From: Blepharisma stoltei ATCC 30299
Lineage: Eukaryota > Protista > Ciliophora
Length of the DNA: 64,000 nucleotides
Direction: 5' to 3'
Assembly (NCBI GenBank): GCA_965603825.1
Contig: CBFDEM010000053.1
Span: 434,001 to 498,000, forward strand
In this document: positions 1 through 12,786 of the stretch, one piece after another
Layout: each line of letters starts with the position of its first letter
Numbering within the stretch: the first letter of the stretch is position 1
Program-made: the position numbers and the translations under genes
Notes under the pieces: generated by a model
What the model was told of the DNA's origin: nothing
What the model saw: the letters and a program-made list of their open reading frames with translations, nothing else
Databases searched by the model: none

Positions 1-877
1 CTCGACAATTTTCATTGCCGATTATGGCTCTTCAGAATGCTTGAATTCTCTACTTTTCTTTAAAGATTCTTTTGCTCCTTTTCGAGAAACCTCCCAGCAG
101 CCTATTCTTCTTTTCCACAATGACCTTCCCACAAATAACTGGACGAAATCATTCAAAACAATTTTAGAACACCAAAATTCTTATGTCAACCTCCCTAATA
201 TTTACTTCTCCTCTATTGGAAGAAGCTTTTTTAATCAAATTTTGCCCGATAGCTCAGTTCATATCGGGTTTTCTTCACTGGCATTTCACTTTTTGTCTGA
301 AGACCTCTGCGCACCTGATCATGCACTAGCTTCCTCATCAGTTGACCAAGAATTCAAAGAAAGAATTGTAAAATTTGCGCATGAAGATCTCATCAATCTC
401 TTAGAGCTCAGATATAAAGAATTAGTAGATCATGGAGTGCTGCTTATGCAGTTTGCTGGTGAGAATATGGATATTGGAGTCTATTTGCATGAGGCTAATG
501 AAAAAGCGTATGAAAAAGGGATAATCAATAGAGAAGAAAAAAGAAACTTGTCAACTGGATCTTATGGAAGAACGACAGAAGAAGTTCAGAGAGCCTTAGA
601 TATAGAGCGAGAAAAGTTTAAAGTCCTCTACATTAGCAAAGAAAAAATTCCTATGTTCAATGAGAAAAATGAAAAAAACATTGAAGTTTTCTTAGGATTA
701 TGTAGAGGTTTTTTAGGATTCAAACTACAAAAATCTGTTAGAAGAACAGATGAAGAAAGAAATCAAATATTAAAATTCTACATAGACGAATTGCTCGATA
801 TTTTTGAAAGAAGAGACCATCAATTGTTGACTGATATATACATTATTTCTCTTGAAAAAATTCCAAAAGAAAGATAA
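1..877 (+). CDS. SABATH-family SAM-dependent carboxyl methyltransferase (5' end outside window)
   Basis: Frame open from base 2: STIFIADYGSSECLNS (IADxGxSxG-like SAM motif), HNDLPTNNW, GRSFFNQILPDSSVHIGFSSLAFHFLS, LELRYKELVDHGVL. All typical Methyltransf_7 motifs; ends TAA. Confidence 0.8.
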   Translation, partial: STIFIADYGSSECLNSLLFFKDSFAPFRETSQQPILLFHNDLPTNNWTKSFKTILEHQNSYVNLPNIYFSSIGRSFFNQILPDSSVHIGFSSLAFHFLSEDLCAPDHALASSSVDQEFKERIVKFAHEDLINLLELRYKELVDHGVLLMQFAGENMDIGVYLHEANEKAYEKGIINREEKRNLSTGSYGRTTEEVQRALDIEREKFKVLYISKEKIPMFNEKNEKNIEVFLGLCRGFLGFKLQKSVRRTDEERNQILKFYIDELLDIFERRDHQLLTDIYIISLEKIPKER

Positions 878-1061
878 TCTTAGCCTTAATAATTTCTCAA
901 AAATAAATAGTTTATAATATTCCTTTACGTTATTTCTAAGCTTTAATAGCGCTTCAAGCTAAGATAAAAATGAGGCCAACATAAATCCATTATTGATCTA
1001 AATGTAAATTATTATAAGTTCGGATCTCCATACTCTAATTTAGTTAAAAACTTCAATGGTC

Positions 1062-2294
1062 TTAAATATCATCAATGCTAAATTCTTCATGAATTTGCAT
1101 ACGAGAGATCAAATCAACAGTTGGCTTTATCTCATTCTCTTTAGCAATTTCATTAGTCTTCTCTGCTATTGGCTTTGAAGCTTCAGCTTGCTTCTCAAGC
1201 TGCTGTTGGATGATTTGCTTCTGGGCTAAAAGTTTGTTATTTTCTTTGGTTTCTTCTTTATTGTTCTCTACCTCTTCCTCTTCATCTTCTTCCTCACTTT
1301 CTGCACTTTCTAATCAAGCTAAAAACTCTTTTGCGCAGTTTTTCATTGTGTCTAAGAAATTTTGATTGTAAATTATTGATGATTCATTAAAGACGGCTTG
1401 ATCGTCACTTCAAGATGTCAAGAATTCTTCATTTAAAACATCGTTTTCGTACAAAGACATCATGATTCTTGATATTCTGCTATGAAAACTTTCATCAGGA
1501 ATGTAAATTACTGACAAAGACATTATCAGCTCTTCAGGATATGACTCCGCTTGTGTCTTTAATATAAAGATCTTTGCCGGATCTTGCAGTAGTCTAACTA
1601 GATTCTGCCCAAAAATCGACTTCAGCGTAATATAAACTCTAAAATCAGGCTCAAAGCTGTTAGCAATGCAAATATTATTGATGTGCTCACATATCTTTTC
1701 TGGGCTTTCTTCCAAATGATGTGAAATTCTTTCCAGTGCTTCTAGCACATCTGGGTGCTCCAATGTAATTTTTTCGTCAGATTCTATATCTTTTTTCTTT
1801 TTTGATGATTTTTTCTTACCTGATGTTTTCTTATCAGCTGTCGAGGGTGGCTTTTCTTCAGTCCTTGGATGATGTTTAAGTATGAAATTGCTGATTTTGT
1901 GGGACATGTCCATAGGCCTCACATTGCCACAGGCTTTGCAGTCTGCGATAAGGATATTTCTCTTGAACCGATAAGAAATTTCTGGTAAATGGCATTTAAA
2001 GCATAGTATAAATTTTTCAATGAATTGGTCCAGCAACTTTTGGAGATCTTCTCTGCGGAAAGTGCCTTTCAGAATTGCTTTGTTTTCTGATTGTTTGTAT
2101 TCAGAGCTTGCACCTAATTCTGCGGCAAAGAACCTGAGAGGATATTCAACAGGCACATTTAAGGCCCTGGAAACATCTGAAAGGTTGATAAGCTTTGTTT
2201 TGACACCGTTGCCGCGGCTTTCCCCTGTTATTTGAAGAGCTGGCATTTGGTATCTGTAGCTTGGATCTTCAATATAAGAGGGTATATTCAGCAT
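1062..2294 (-). CDS. EIF5: Eukaryotic translation initiation factor 5
   Basis: N-terminus DPSYRYQMP..ESRGNGVKT and zinc finger CFKC..CKAC. Reading TGA at 1410 and 1314 as Trp gives the W2 motif FLA(W)LESAESEEEDEEE; ends IDDI-TAA. Confidence 0.93.
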
Positions 2295-2892
2295 TTTCTA
2301 CCTTATAATTTATTAAGGTTAAATGTTATAGCCTTTATGGATTTGGGTAAAAGATTGCGCTATATCATAAAACTAACAGTGCGATATTAATACTATGTTC
2401 TTTGTAATTTTAGATAAAATTAGATTCACTCCCCTCTCAGTGAGCGATCAAAAAAATTTTGGTGAGTTATTATGATTACTGGTTCAAGCGTAATTAAATG
2501 AGCAGCTTGAATAATTATCAAAGTTTCTTCCAAAAATTATTTTCTGCTTATTTAGCTGCTAGGATAACTCAGCCTATAGGCAAAACTAAAATTATTCCAT
2601 AAATCTTTATATTTTTTTAACATTATAAAATATCATTTCATTTTTAAATAGTCCTGAATACTCTCCTATTATTTCTTATTTTCTGAAATTCTGTCAATTC
2701 CTTATATTCAATATAATTCAACAATTTTACCCTATATGTATGGCGAGCTTGCTTAATTTAATTAGAAGCAGCAAATGCAAATATATTATTTAAAATCCAT
2801 AATCAGCGATTTTAGCTTATTTCTACTCAAAATGATTTAAGTTGCCTTTAAATCATATCCATATTTAACAGCTAATCACTCAATTTCATCTC

Positions 2893-4191
2893 ATGTCTAA
2901 ACACAGAAAGTTTCCTGAAATCACCAAATCAGATTCTCATCTTTCTCAAGAGTACTTCAAGTTTAAGCCAAAACGCCAAATGGCGCCCCTCCAAAATCAG
3001 CCTGCACCAATAATAATTAAGCCAAGCATAAATCATTCCTCTCATCATACAAAACAGTCAAGTTTTCTTAGTGATTCTCCTTACGCCCGTAGTAAGTCTT
3101 TAACCAAAATTCGTTCATCATCAGCTATCAAATTAAATGATAAAAGCCCTATAAAGTTACGTTCAATTTCCCCAGAAATGAAAAAGAATGCTTCAAACTC
3201 ACGAATTCAACTAAAACTAAAAAATAGGAGAGAAATCTCTACAATAACTTTGTCAAAGCAGTCCAATAATTATATAGATTCCATAAAAAAACGCTCCAAG
3301 TCACGAACTCCAGCAGGAATCAATTTATCGTTCAGCAATTCATTTACTGCACCTACACAAGATTCCCAAAGAATTTTGAACCAGTCTAATAATGATGCTG
3401 AAAACTTGGAAACTAAATTATTGGCGAAGTTAAAAGAAATCACAAAAAATGAGGAAGATTCAATTATGGATAACGATAAATTTAATGTTTATCGCAAAAT
3501 ATTTGTTGAAGTAATTGAAAAGGATAAAACTTATGGGTCTTTACTAGCAAAAATCAAAAATGCGTATGAAGAGTGAATATCAATAGAAAAAACTCAGGAA
3601 AATAACTTGAGCTTGAAGCAAGAAGCAAATGATCTTAATGAGAAGATTAAAGAGTTGCTAGAAGATAGAAAACTCATATATAGAAAAATAGAAAAATTGG
3701 CAAAAGAAAATATTGAATTAAGCAGATCATTAGAAGAAAGCGAGGCTGGGTATGCAGAATTGCATGATAAATTGCTATTAATTTCTAAAACCAAAATAGA
3801 TGATATTCCAAAAGATGAAAACTCCTGGAAGTATGTGGTAGCTGAAAATAAAATTTTAGCAGATTTATGCAAGCAAATGAAAGATGAGCTAAAGAAATTT
3901 AGATCAAAAGAAAAAAAACTACTGAAACTCATTATAGCATTGAAAAATAGAGGATATCCTGTAGAGGAAGTCTATGAAACTGAAATCTTAAAAAGAAAAA
4001 GTGTGCAAGAAGAAAAACCACACGATAGGGAAAGTGGCGAAACTGATGGAGAGCTGCTTGTATCAGGACCTTCTCGGAAAGTAGAAAAGCCAAGTTTTAT
4101 ACCAATTTTGGAATTGAGTAATATAAAGCATTACATTTCATCATCTGAGAGCTCAGATAATTCTGATGCAGAAAGTGAAAGTGAGTCATAA
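2893..4191 (+). CDS. Coiled-coil protein with TSNAXIP1 N-terminal-like segment
   Basis: ORFs 2893-3576 and 3607-4191 are in one frame joined by TGA at 3574. Motif FNVYRKIFVEVIEKDKTYGSLLAKIKNAYEE resembles TSNAXIP1_N. Confidence 0.65.
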
Positions 4192-4432
4192 TGTACTATT
4201 TGATTATAATCTCAATTTTATTCATAAATTTAATTCTCTTAAACTATGCTTTAGGTAAATGAACTAAAGAATTGAGTTTTAAAAATAGAGCAATTTAAAA
4301 TTGCTTAGAAATATATACTTATAGATAAAATTTAAGTAGATTCAGATTGAAAACAAATAATCAAAAAATCATAAAAAATTATCATCATATCAAATTAAAT
4401 TTATAATAAAATAAAAGCCCCTCAATATTAAA

Positions 4433-5647
4433 ATGGAACAAGTTGTAGAACAGGCAAAAGAACTTATTGTAAAAAAGGTTAAATTTCTAAAAGATATTCA
4501 GTCTTTATTAAAAACTCTCAAAGAAACTACAAAAACAGTTAGCAATATAAAATCTAAATGCCCTTATAACCAATTTTTACTTGATGGCTTTGCTGGCTTA
4601 AGACAAGATGCAGTTAGAAAACAAAATAAAAATATGGCTTTTTGTTATAAAAAAGCTATTAAAGCATTGCAGCGCTACCCTCTTCCAATTTTACACCCAA
4701 ATCAGTGCTTGCAGCTCCAAGGAATTGGAAACTCCTTACTTAAATCAGTCTACACCATTTTCAAGTCAAACCACAAATATTTCAAGTATCTCAAAGAAAA
4801 AGAAGAAAAAAAGAAGCCAACAAAAGAGCCAGAAAAAATCCCAGAAAAGCCTGACATCGACACTTTTGGAAGAATTTTATCTATTTTAGATCAAACAATC
4901 TTACTAAAAGACTTAGAAAATATCCAATATGAAATAGTTTTACTTGTAGATAACCGAGAAAATAGGGTCGTATCTTTTTTGCCATTTCTAGACCAATTTG
5001 GAATTAAGCATGAGGAACGAAAGCTTGGCTTAGGCGACTTTTTGTGGATTGTGAAGCTTATTTACCGAGATAAATCAAAAAAAGTTCATATAGAAGAATA
5101 TGTTTTGGATTACATAATAGAAAGAAAAACAGCTACTGATTTAACAAGCAGCCAAATTTCTAATCACCTCCGAGACCAAATAAGAAGAATGAAAGCAGAA
5201 TCCTTTTTAAATATATTTTTACTAATAGAAGGAAAAGCTGATCGTGAAATAATCCTAGAATCTTCTTTGCAACACAATATAAAAGTATTACAAACTTCAA
5301 CGCAAGAAGAAACTGCAGAAATGATGGCTTTTTTTACTAGAGAAATCTCATTAAATGCCTCACAGCTATCAGTAGAAAATATCAGGGGGAAAAAAGCTTT
5401 CGAAAGATTTAATGGAAAGCATATAAATTCTAAGCCTTATGTTTCTGATATATTTCAAACTCAAATGGCTGATTTCCCAGGGATGAATGTGAAGAAGGTC
5501 ACTCTTTTGCTTTCGCTTTATCCTACTTTTGCAGCCTTTCTAGATGGACTTAAAAATAAAAGATGAATTACAGAGCAAAACCTAAAATGGGCGGGGATTG
5601 GAGCTAAAGTTATTAATGATTTATTATCATTTTTGGGGATTGAATAA
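4433..5647 (+). CDS. MUS81: Crossover junction endonuclease MUS81-like (ERCC4 nuclease)
   Basis: N-terminal HhH YKKAIKALQRYPLP..LQGIG; nuclease motifs LLVDNRE, GDFLW, ERKTATDL, LLIEG. TGA at 5564 read through to C-terminal HhH-like AGIGAKV; ends TAA 5645-5647. Confidence 0.85.
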
Positions 5648-5864
5648 CACAAAGAATGTTAAAATAACATATTTATATTAAATCCGTATATTCGGAAATC
5701 TTTAGGCTGCTATGAATTGGATTTGAGAATTAATTAATGGGCTAAAACCATTTGAAGCTATTTTTAATGAAATTAGTGCGCTTAATCCTTATGATTACCT
5801 TTGCTAGGTGCATCAATAGAATTTAGAATATCCCCTAGATTAATCTTAATTGCAAAATAAATAT

Positions 5865-6533
5865 TTAGCTTACGAAGCCCTTAACTCTTCTCAGCCACTC
5901 CATATATAATCTATGCTCCTTATCCAATGAGTAGGTTTCAATAAAGATCGCCATGTCGTCGTTAATACCGAAGCTCTTAAGATAGTCAACAAATGAATTT
6001 TGTACTTTTTCATCAAGTGTTGTGAAGTCAGGGCCTCTGTAGATTCCTCTGCTGATAAATGATGACTCTCTGTCAGTGTTCTTTAAGTCTTCACTATAAA
6101 CTACATTGTTTACGCTGATCTCTGAGTCAATAGAGCTGCACTCGAAGATGAGGCCTCTATCAGTATCAACCTTTTTGACCATGACTTGGAAATCAACATA
6201 GGTCCCTGGATGGCCTTCTTGCTCTTCTTGTCCTTCTTGGCCTTCTTGAGGCTCAGGTTCCTCCTGAGGAGCTCTTGCATTGAATGTGACTTCTACTTCG
6301 GCATCATCAGTTCTCTTCTTTAAGATTATCTGGGTATCATTTTCAACATCTGCTAGCTCGAATCCACTCTGTGAGAGGAAAGGTCCGACGCTATCATCAA
6401 TCTTATATTGTTCTTGCTCGTATTCAACTTCTTTTTCAAGTGCCTTGGCGAGGCGCTTGTTAGAAAGAGATGCAAAACATCTAAGAGTGTTGAACATTGG
6501 ACGGATCAGCATACGTGCTTGTCGAGCCAGCAT
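5865..6533 (-). CDS. MAM33: Mitochondrial acidic matrix glycoprotein MAM33/C1QBP family
   Basis: Arg-rich presequence; C-terminal YRGPDFTTLDEKVQNSFVDYLKSFGIND...KEHRLYMEWL. Confidence 0.9.
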   Translation of the reverse strand: MLARQARMLIRPMFNTLRCFASLSNKRLAKALEKEVEYEQEQYKIDDSVGPFLSQSGFELADVENDTQIILKKRTDDAEVEVTFNARAPQEEPEPQEGQEGQEEQEGHPGTYVDFQVMVKKVDTDRGLIFECSSIDSEISVNNVVYSEDLKNTDRESSFISRGIYRGPDFTTLDEKVQNSFVDYLKSFGINDDMAIFIETYSLDKEHRLYMEWLRRVKGFVS

Positions 6534-6736
6534 TTTTATTACTAAATTAAAGGCCTTATGGCAAAATGGAAAAATTATGAAATTAATTTTACAATCAATG
6601 AAAATATTTGGGAATATTAATTATGATGAAGATAGATAATTTTTTGGCATTTAAAAATTATTAATAATAAACTGTGAGGCAGGCTTATTAAAAAAATTAT
6701 GTCGAAATAGGTTATTCAATAAAATAAAATTCAAAA

Positions 6737-7384
6737 ATGTTGAAAGTCAGACGGAATAGGCCTGGTACCAGGTCAGCTGACCTTTGGTCCTGGAATCTTG
6801 AAGATTACCCAAACATGCCTGGTCCATTCGCAGTCCAAGAATACATTCAAGAACTAATCCGAGTCTGCCCAGACAATGTGAAGCGAATTTGTGAGCCTCC
6901 AACTGATGTAGACATCGGTGTCTGGCAATACGAACACATGAGGCAATTCATCCTTGAACTTAACCTTCTCATTGTCTCTCTCCAAGGAATCTGTACGCCC
7001 ACAGCATGCCCGAAAATGAAGGCAACCGATGACTGGCTCTACCTTTGCGCATCCCACAAGACTCCTCAAGAATGCACAGCAATCGACTATATGACCCACA
7101 CACTAGACCACGCTACCTCTCTTATGCAAAATAATAAAAATTTTAACAGCCGAGTTAGCATTCCACCAACTTCAATAAAATATCTCATGAGCATCGTAAG
7201 AAGGCTCTACAGACTTTTCACACACACATATTTTCATCACAGAGAGATTTTTTCTGAATTTGAAAAGCAGACTCATTTGTGCTATAGATTTACAGAGTTT
7301 GTGCAGAGGTTTGATATGATGCAGTCTAAACTTTTTAGTATTCCGACACATGCTTATATTTTTGAAGACAGCAATAAGGAGTAA
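6737..7384 (+). CDS. MOB4: MOB4/phocein (STRIPAK component)
   Basis: RRNRPGT, AVQEYIQELIR, VWQYEHMRQF, MKATDDWLYLCASH, AIDYMTHTLD, RRLYRLFTHTYFHH. Confidence 0.93.
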   Translation: MLKVRRNRPGTRSADLWSWNLEDYPNMPGPFAVQEYIQELIRVCPDNVKRICEPPTDVDIGVWQYEHMRQFILELNLLIVSLQGICTPTACPKMKATDDWLYLCASHKTPQECTAIDYMTHTLDHATSLMQNNKNFNSRVSIPPTSIKYLMSIVRRLYRLFTHTYFHHREIFSEFEKQTHLCYRFTEFVQRFDMMQSKLFSIPTHAYIFEDSNKE

Positions 7385-7932
7385 ATTTTGTAATTTCAGA
7401 TTTAAATAAGTAAGAGGTTTTTCACAATAATTATGGCAATAGATGGTGTGAAGTGGGTTGATATTTCTTATGCCTATCTGCTGAAAGAAAATCTTCCGCT
7501 TAGAAAAGTAGGTGAAAATTATAGCACGAAAGCCAGAAAAGCACGCTTACTATTAAAACCATTGATAAAAGGAGTAACATTTGGAAGTACTGAATTATAT
7601 ACAATGTATAGTTTGTTGAGGTTTAGAAGAGCTCGCCAATTCTGCACTTATTTCTTTCTAATGCAGATTGGAGGAGTAATGAAACTTTTAAGACTTGCAG
7701 AATAGAAATTATCCTCTGAAAAAATTAAAAGTTTCCTAAAACTAAAAAAAATAAAGCTTCAAATAAAATTTTATGAGTTATTCTTTAACTGGCATTGCTC
7801 TATCTTTTTAATGACTTAATTCTAATAATTATACAAAATAATCCTTATTTCCAAAAGATAGAATCTGTAATTACATGCTAAGAAATATGAGAGGGCAGAC
7901 AAGTTTCTTTGAATCCTTCCAATCCCAATAAA

Positions 7933-8364
7933 ATGGTGAAACACAACAACGTGGTGCCAAATGCTCATTTTCATAAAGACTGGCAAAGCTATGTCAAAAC
8001 TTGGTTTAATCAACCTGCTCGCAAACAAAGACGTCGCGTTGCAAGAAGCTTAAAATTATCAAAATTTGCTCCAGCTCCACTCAAAACACTCAGACCTCTT
8101 GTTCAAGGTCAAACCATAAGATATTGCGCCCAAGCCAAAGAAGGCAGAGGATTTTCGCTTGAAGAGCTCCGCAAAGCTGGCCTAACATCTCAGTTTGCAA
8201 GAACAATAGGAATAAAGGTTGACCATAGAAGAAGAAACAAGAGTGCAGAGACTTTGCAAAGGAATATTCAGAGACTAGAACTTTTTAAGTCTAAACTTAC
8301 TCTTTATCCACTTAAAGCAGGTAAACCAAAGAAAGGACAAGTAAATGACGTAGTTAGCTCTTAA
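7933..8364 (+). CDS. RPL13: 60S ribosomal protein eL13, C-terminally truncated (143 aa)
   Basis: MVKHNNVVPNAHFHKDWQ..VKTWFNQPARK, GRGFSLEEL, VDHRRRNKS. Stops at TAA after KPKKGQVNDVVSS. Confidence 0.88.
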   Translation: MVKHNNVVPNAHFHKDWQSYVKTWFNQPARKQRRRVARSLKLSKFAPAPLKTLRPLVQGQTIRYCAQAKEGRGFSLEELRKAGLTSQFARTIGIKVDHRRRNKSAETLQRNIQRLELFKSKLTLYPLKAGKPKKGQVNDVVSS

Positions 8365-8393
8365 GTTAAGCGTTTATTAAATTCTTGAGTAAT

Positions 8394-9194
8394 TTAGATA
8401 AATTTCGTAATTTCTGCTTTGACTGTTTCATAGGTTCCAAAAAACATCATGCCACCGACAGTAATGTAAAGGACACGGATTTTCCATGAACTTCATAATG
8501 CCAGAAGACCTTCACTTGTATATATAAGCTTAATTGTTTGCAAGAAAGACTTATATTTGCCATCACCTTTATCAGTTTGGATTCTTACCTTTGCGACATC
8601 TATAGGTGTAGTGATAAAAGCTGCAAAACCACCGGCAATTGCGCCGTTTATCAAATGCCGGTATAAACTTAGATCACTACCACCGTAATCAGAGCCTTTC
8701 AAATATTCATATATAGTCATTTGAACAGCGTCAAAAGGGATTTCTCTATATATTAAAGATAGCAAGCCTACATAAAGTCCAGCGAGACCTTTAGTTTTAA
8801 CGATACCTTGTCATGCAGTTTCAACAGATTTATAAGCACCCACTTGTAAGAGACTTTTAACAACTTCGAAAGGATTTCTAACGCATGCTGTGCAAGCACT
8901 TCCAAAAGCTGCTGATAGGAAGTGAACCATTGCTGGAGAGTTTGAAAATCCATAATTTTCAAGAATCCATTTCATTGAGCAATAGCTGGCCCAGAATGTT
9001 GCTGCACATGGAAAAGATGCTGCCATTGCCATAGACAATCCTTTGTAGATTTTTGTGAATTCAAGTTTAGCACTGGCATTTGCCATTAGCCGAGTTTTAA
9101 TTGCATCTAAAGGGAATAAGGCGAGATCTACTGCACATCCTGCGAATCCGCCTGCAATAAGAGAAACTAAAAAAGTGCTCAGCAAGTCGGCCAT
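8394..9194 (-). CDS. Mitochondrial carrier, S-adenosylmethionine carrier-like (SLC25A26/PET8)
   Basis: Three carrier signatures PLDAIKTR, PFEVVKS, PIDVAKVR plus REIPF. ORFs joined by TGA at 8811 and 8493; ends TAA 8394. Confidence 0.88.
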
Positions 9195-9326
9195 GTTTAA
9201 TTGTAAAAGATTCGACAATTTCTCTGTGCAGTTTCAATATGAAAAATTTGTTTCAGATTTTCATCCTCATTTAAGCCCTCGTCAATTTATAAATTTAAAT
9301 AATTCTGGCAAATTTGCTATAATAAA

Positions 9327-9734
9327 ATGAGTCCAAAGGCAGCAGCTAAGTGTGCAAAAAAGAGCAGGCCAAAAGTTACTGAAGAAGTCAATTTATATGA
9401 TGTTGGAGAAGAGCAAAAATCACCTGAAGGCTGAATAAAGCTTGAACTTAAACATACTTTATGGAAGCATGGGAATTTTGATATCGTAATCAGAACTGAT
9501 ACTACAATTGATTGAATAAACCGTCAAATAGTGAGCAGTTGTGGAAGGTGTGACAGAGTAATGCTGTATACTGGGGATCCTACTCAATCTTATAATCTGG
9601 TCAAGAATCCGCGACAGACAATAGGAAATCTGCTGCAAACATTTGGCTGTGAAAACAAAGAGACCCCAGAAACTTATTCACTATTTTATGACTTCGAGCC
9701 ATATCATCCTGATGAGCCAGTTCTTTTGGCATAA
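9327..9734 (+). CDS. Hypothetical 135-aa protein
   Basis: ATG 9327 after A-rich leader. Frame is open with two TGA=Trp into ORF 9531-9734 (MSPKAAAK...EGWIKLELKHTLWKHGNFDI...LFYDFEP...PVLLA). Confidence 0.7.
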
Positions 9735-9753
9735 TTTATCTAAAAATTATTAT

Positions 9754-12700
9754 TTAATCATCTAGATAATACCGATTAAAGTTCATCGAGTAATAAGCTC
9801 CCAAATCTAAATAGAGGTTACATTGATAATTGACTCCTCTTTGAGCATATCTTGACAGGATTTTTACCAGCACATTAACGGCAGATTTAAAAGATTCTTG
9901 TATGTCATTTAATATCCTATAGCACTCACTTATCTCATCGTCATAACTTTCAAGTTCAGTGTCCAGTCCGCTCATTCTGTGAACCAAATAGTTGAATTTT
10001 ATGCACAGTCCAAAAATAGCTGAGACTGCATCATTAATTGGTGCAGCTTTTGGTAGCAATAAGCATCGATCAAGGATTTTGGTTAGAAATGAAGCATGAG
10101 CTTCTCTCATTTCATCAATTGTTTTTATCTCCTTTCAAATATTTTTGAACTTCCCTATGCACGAATTAATGATATTCTGCATCACATACTCTTCAAAGCA
10201 GCATGTAAAGTGTATTAGTTCTTTTTGGCAAATTAAAAATCGTTTTTGGATCTTTTCGATTTTCGGGTTGTTTTTTATTCGCCATTTTAAATTTTTTGCA
10301 CAATGGGCTGCACGCTTAATTTGGAGAAGTCTGTGGAACAGCTTATTATAGCATTGCAAAGTATCTGGATCGAAAATGATGTCTAATGTTGGATGCGGAA
10401 TAAAATTCAGCCTCAGGTGTGTGAAAACTTCTAAAGACGAAGGAGGCTTTTTATCACCTTCAATTTCACAAGAAAATATATTTTGAGCACCTTTTCATTT
10501 GATTTCTTTTAAGCATTCTCCGAACATGCTTGTAATTTCATAAGCATTATCAAACGGCTCTTGATTGTCAGCTTTTTTATTCAAAAATTTAACAAATGGG
10601 TACATGCATTCACCGTTTTCCATAAGTAAAACACCTCGCAGAACTTCAAGATGTTTATCAAGATCAAAATGCTCTTTTAGCAAATCTAATAGATTTTTAG
10701 CTGATTCTTCATATATTAAATGTGCAGTGTCAATGAAGCTTGATTTTATGACATCATGGAACGAAATTCAATGATTTATAGGCCTCAAAGGGAAAATTTC
10801 TTTTTCTGAGATAGAAATCTCATAGGATGGAAGATTGCATGTAATTGGGGAAAAAATATGGGGTGGAGGCTGAGATTCGTATATGCTAAAAAGATTCTCT
10901 GGGCTTTCGGAGCCAATTTCGTAAAATTGGGAAGACTTAGGCCGCCAAGAAACTGTTTTTATATTGTACTGGGCTACTTTAGGAACTTTTGATAAGCAGT
11001 GTGCTGTCTTTTCATATAGATTGTTTGTAACCTTAGATTCCAAATCTTTTAATAGCCCAATATAGGGCTCTAATAGCTTATCTAATAAAATCTCTTCAAT
11101 TTGCTTAATTATCATCATATTTTTCCCAGCAGTCAATATTTCGACATGTATTTCTTTCAGAAAATCTGGAACACACCTTACATATCTTCCATCAATTTCT
11201 TGCATATTTATGTCAAAAGCATTGTTTCAGGCTTCAAAATTTCCCATAACCTTTTTTGATTTTTGGTAAACCATGAATTCTTGGCTGACATTATTTAAAG
11301 ATCCAGTAGACATCCATATGCAGAAAAATTTTATATATGGTTGGACTGATTTTATGAAGAGGTTTACTACAAGGCACATTCCTTGATGATCTGTGATTTC
11401 ATGATTTTCTTGTATCAATATATAAAGATATGATAGCAAATAGCTAGCTTTATAAGAAAGAGAAAATTCAGTTTTTGCTTGAGTTTCACCTTGGAGAGAG
11501 GGTAAATTCAAAACAGCTTTATAGAAAATAGAAAGAATCAATTTGCATAAGTCTAAGATTGGATACAGCCTATGTTTCAACGAAATTAGTGTGATGGTAT
11601 TGTAAGGAATCCTACTTATTGATTCCCTGGTGACATCTCCAGCTTGAACTACGAACTCTTCTTTTATTGACACGAGCTCGCTCCTTGTTTGATATAAAAA
11701 CTCTTTACAGCCATCAGCAAAGTACTGATAAGTCATACAATCATCAGTTTTTAATTTTTCTGAAAAATAGTCAATCCTACTCAGCAAAGTGCCTAGCTCG
11801 ACAAAAAATTCTAAAAAATTCATCAAGCAAGATGGAGTCAAATGAACAACTTGAATTCTTTTGACAAGTCTAAATCCATTTTGATCGCAGTGAAATAGGC
11901 TTGTATTGACTCCAAACAGCATAAGTAATATTTCATCAATTATAAGTCTTTCTGATACAGTTTCATAATTTCAATTCAGCACACAATTTTCTCCAGATTC
12001 TTTTTTTTCTCTTTCTACAAGACTTTCATAAAAATCCTTTGAAAGAGAGCAAGGATCAACCCAACTTCTTTCATATGCAACAGGTTCAGGTAAAGGCTCT
12101 GACATTTCTTCGTCAAATTCTTCTGGCATAGGAGCATCATAATTAATCAGATAACTTTGGGTCTTGTCTCTATTTTCTTCATTCTCCTTCTCTATTGATT
12201 TTTCTTCAGCTTCTACGTCATCAAGTTCATCATTGAGTTCATCATAGCTTTCTTCGCTGCTTTCATTTCCAAACTCGCCCCATCCATCATATAATTGTTT
12301 TAACTCCTCTTCATTAAACTCTATATCAGCCTGACCCGTTTTTGAAGCGAACTCATCAAGATGCAATGAAATTGGAGAAATGCTTAATATGTCTGATTCC
12401 AAAGGATTTCTTGATAATAAACAAAGGAGGGAAATGATTGAGTACTGCATTTCGCTTGGGTTTTTCCCAAGGTAGCTTGAAATTAGCTTTTCTAGTCTCT
12501 CAGCCTTCTCTATTTGTGAATGCACCCTGATTTTTTCAAGAATCCTAAATTAAAAATACCCCTGACAGTGTCTTCTAACTTTATGAGAATCTGTGTCTAA
12601 ATAAGTGTGTCTTGTAATATTACTTATAATGAAATCATGCGCAATTTTGTAATTATTTGAATTTTCCTAGATAGCTTTTACTGCAACTCCAGTTTCATGG

Positions 12701-12768
12701 ATTATCAGCTCTTTCACGAGTTTTTGAGTCCTTTGATTTTGCCTTTGTTTAAATAGAGACAAACTCAT
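9754..12768 (-). CDS. TUBGCP5: Gamma-tubulin complex component 5
   Basis: Six track ORFs in one frame joined by 5 TGA; 15-nt introns at 12667-12681, 12545-12559 and probably 9807-9821. N-terminus RHTYLDTDSHKVRRHCQGILEKIRVHS matches the GCP5 pattern; GRIP motifs ILTAGKN, HLEVLRGVLLMENGE, YNKLFHRLLQIKRA. Confidence 0.85.
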
Positions 12769-12786
12769 ATATTTTTATTAGAAATA

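Noticed and set aside
7433-7705. 90-aa plus-strand ORF between MOB4 and RPL13
   Set aside because: No recognisable motif and no convincing tiny-intron model extends it. It may be a relic but cannot be supported.
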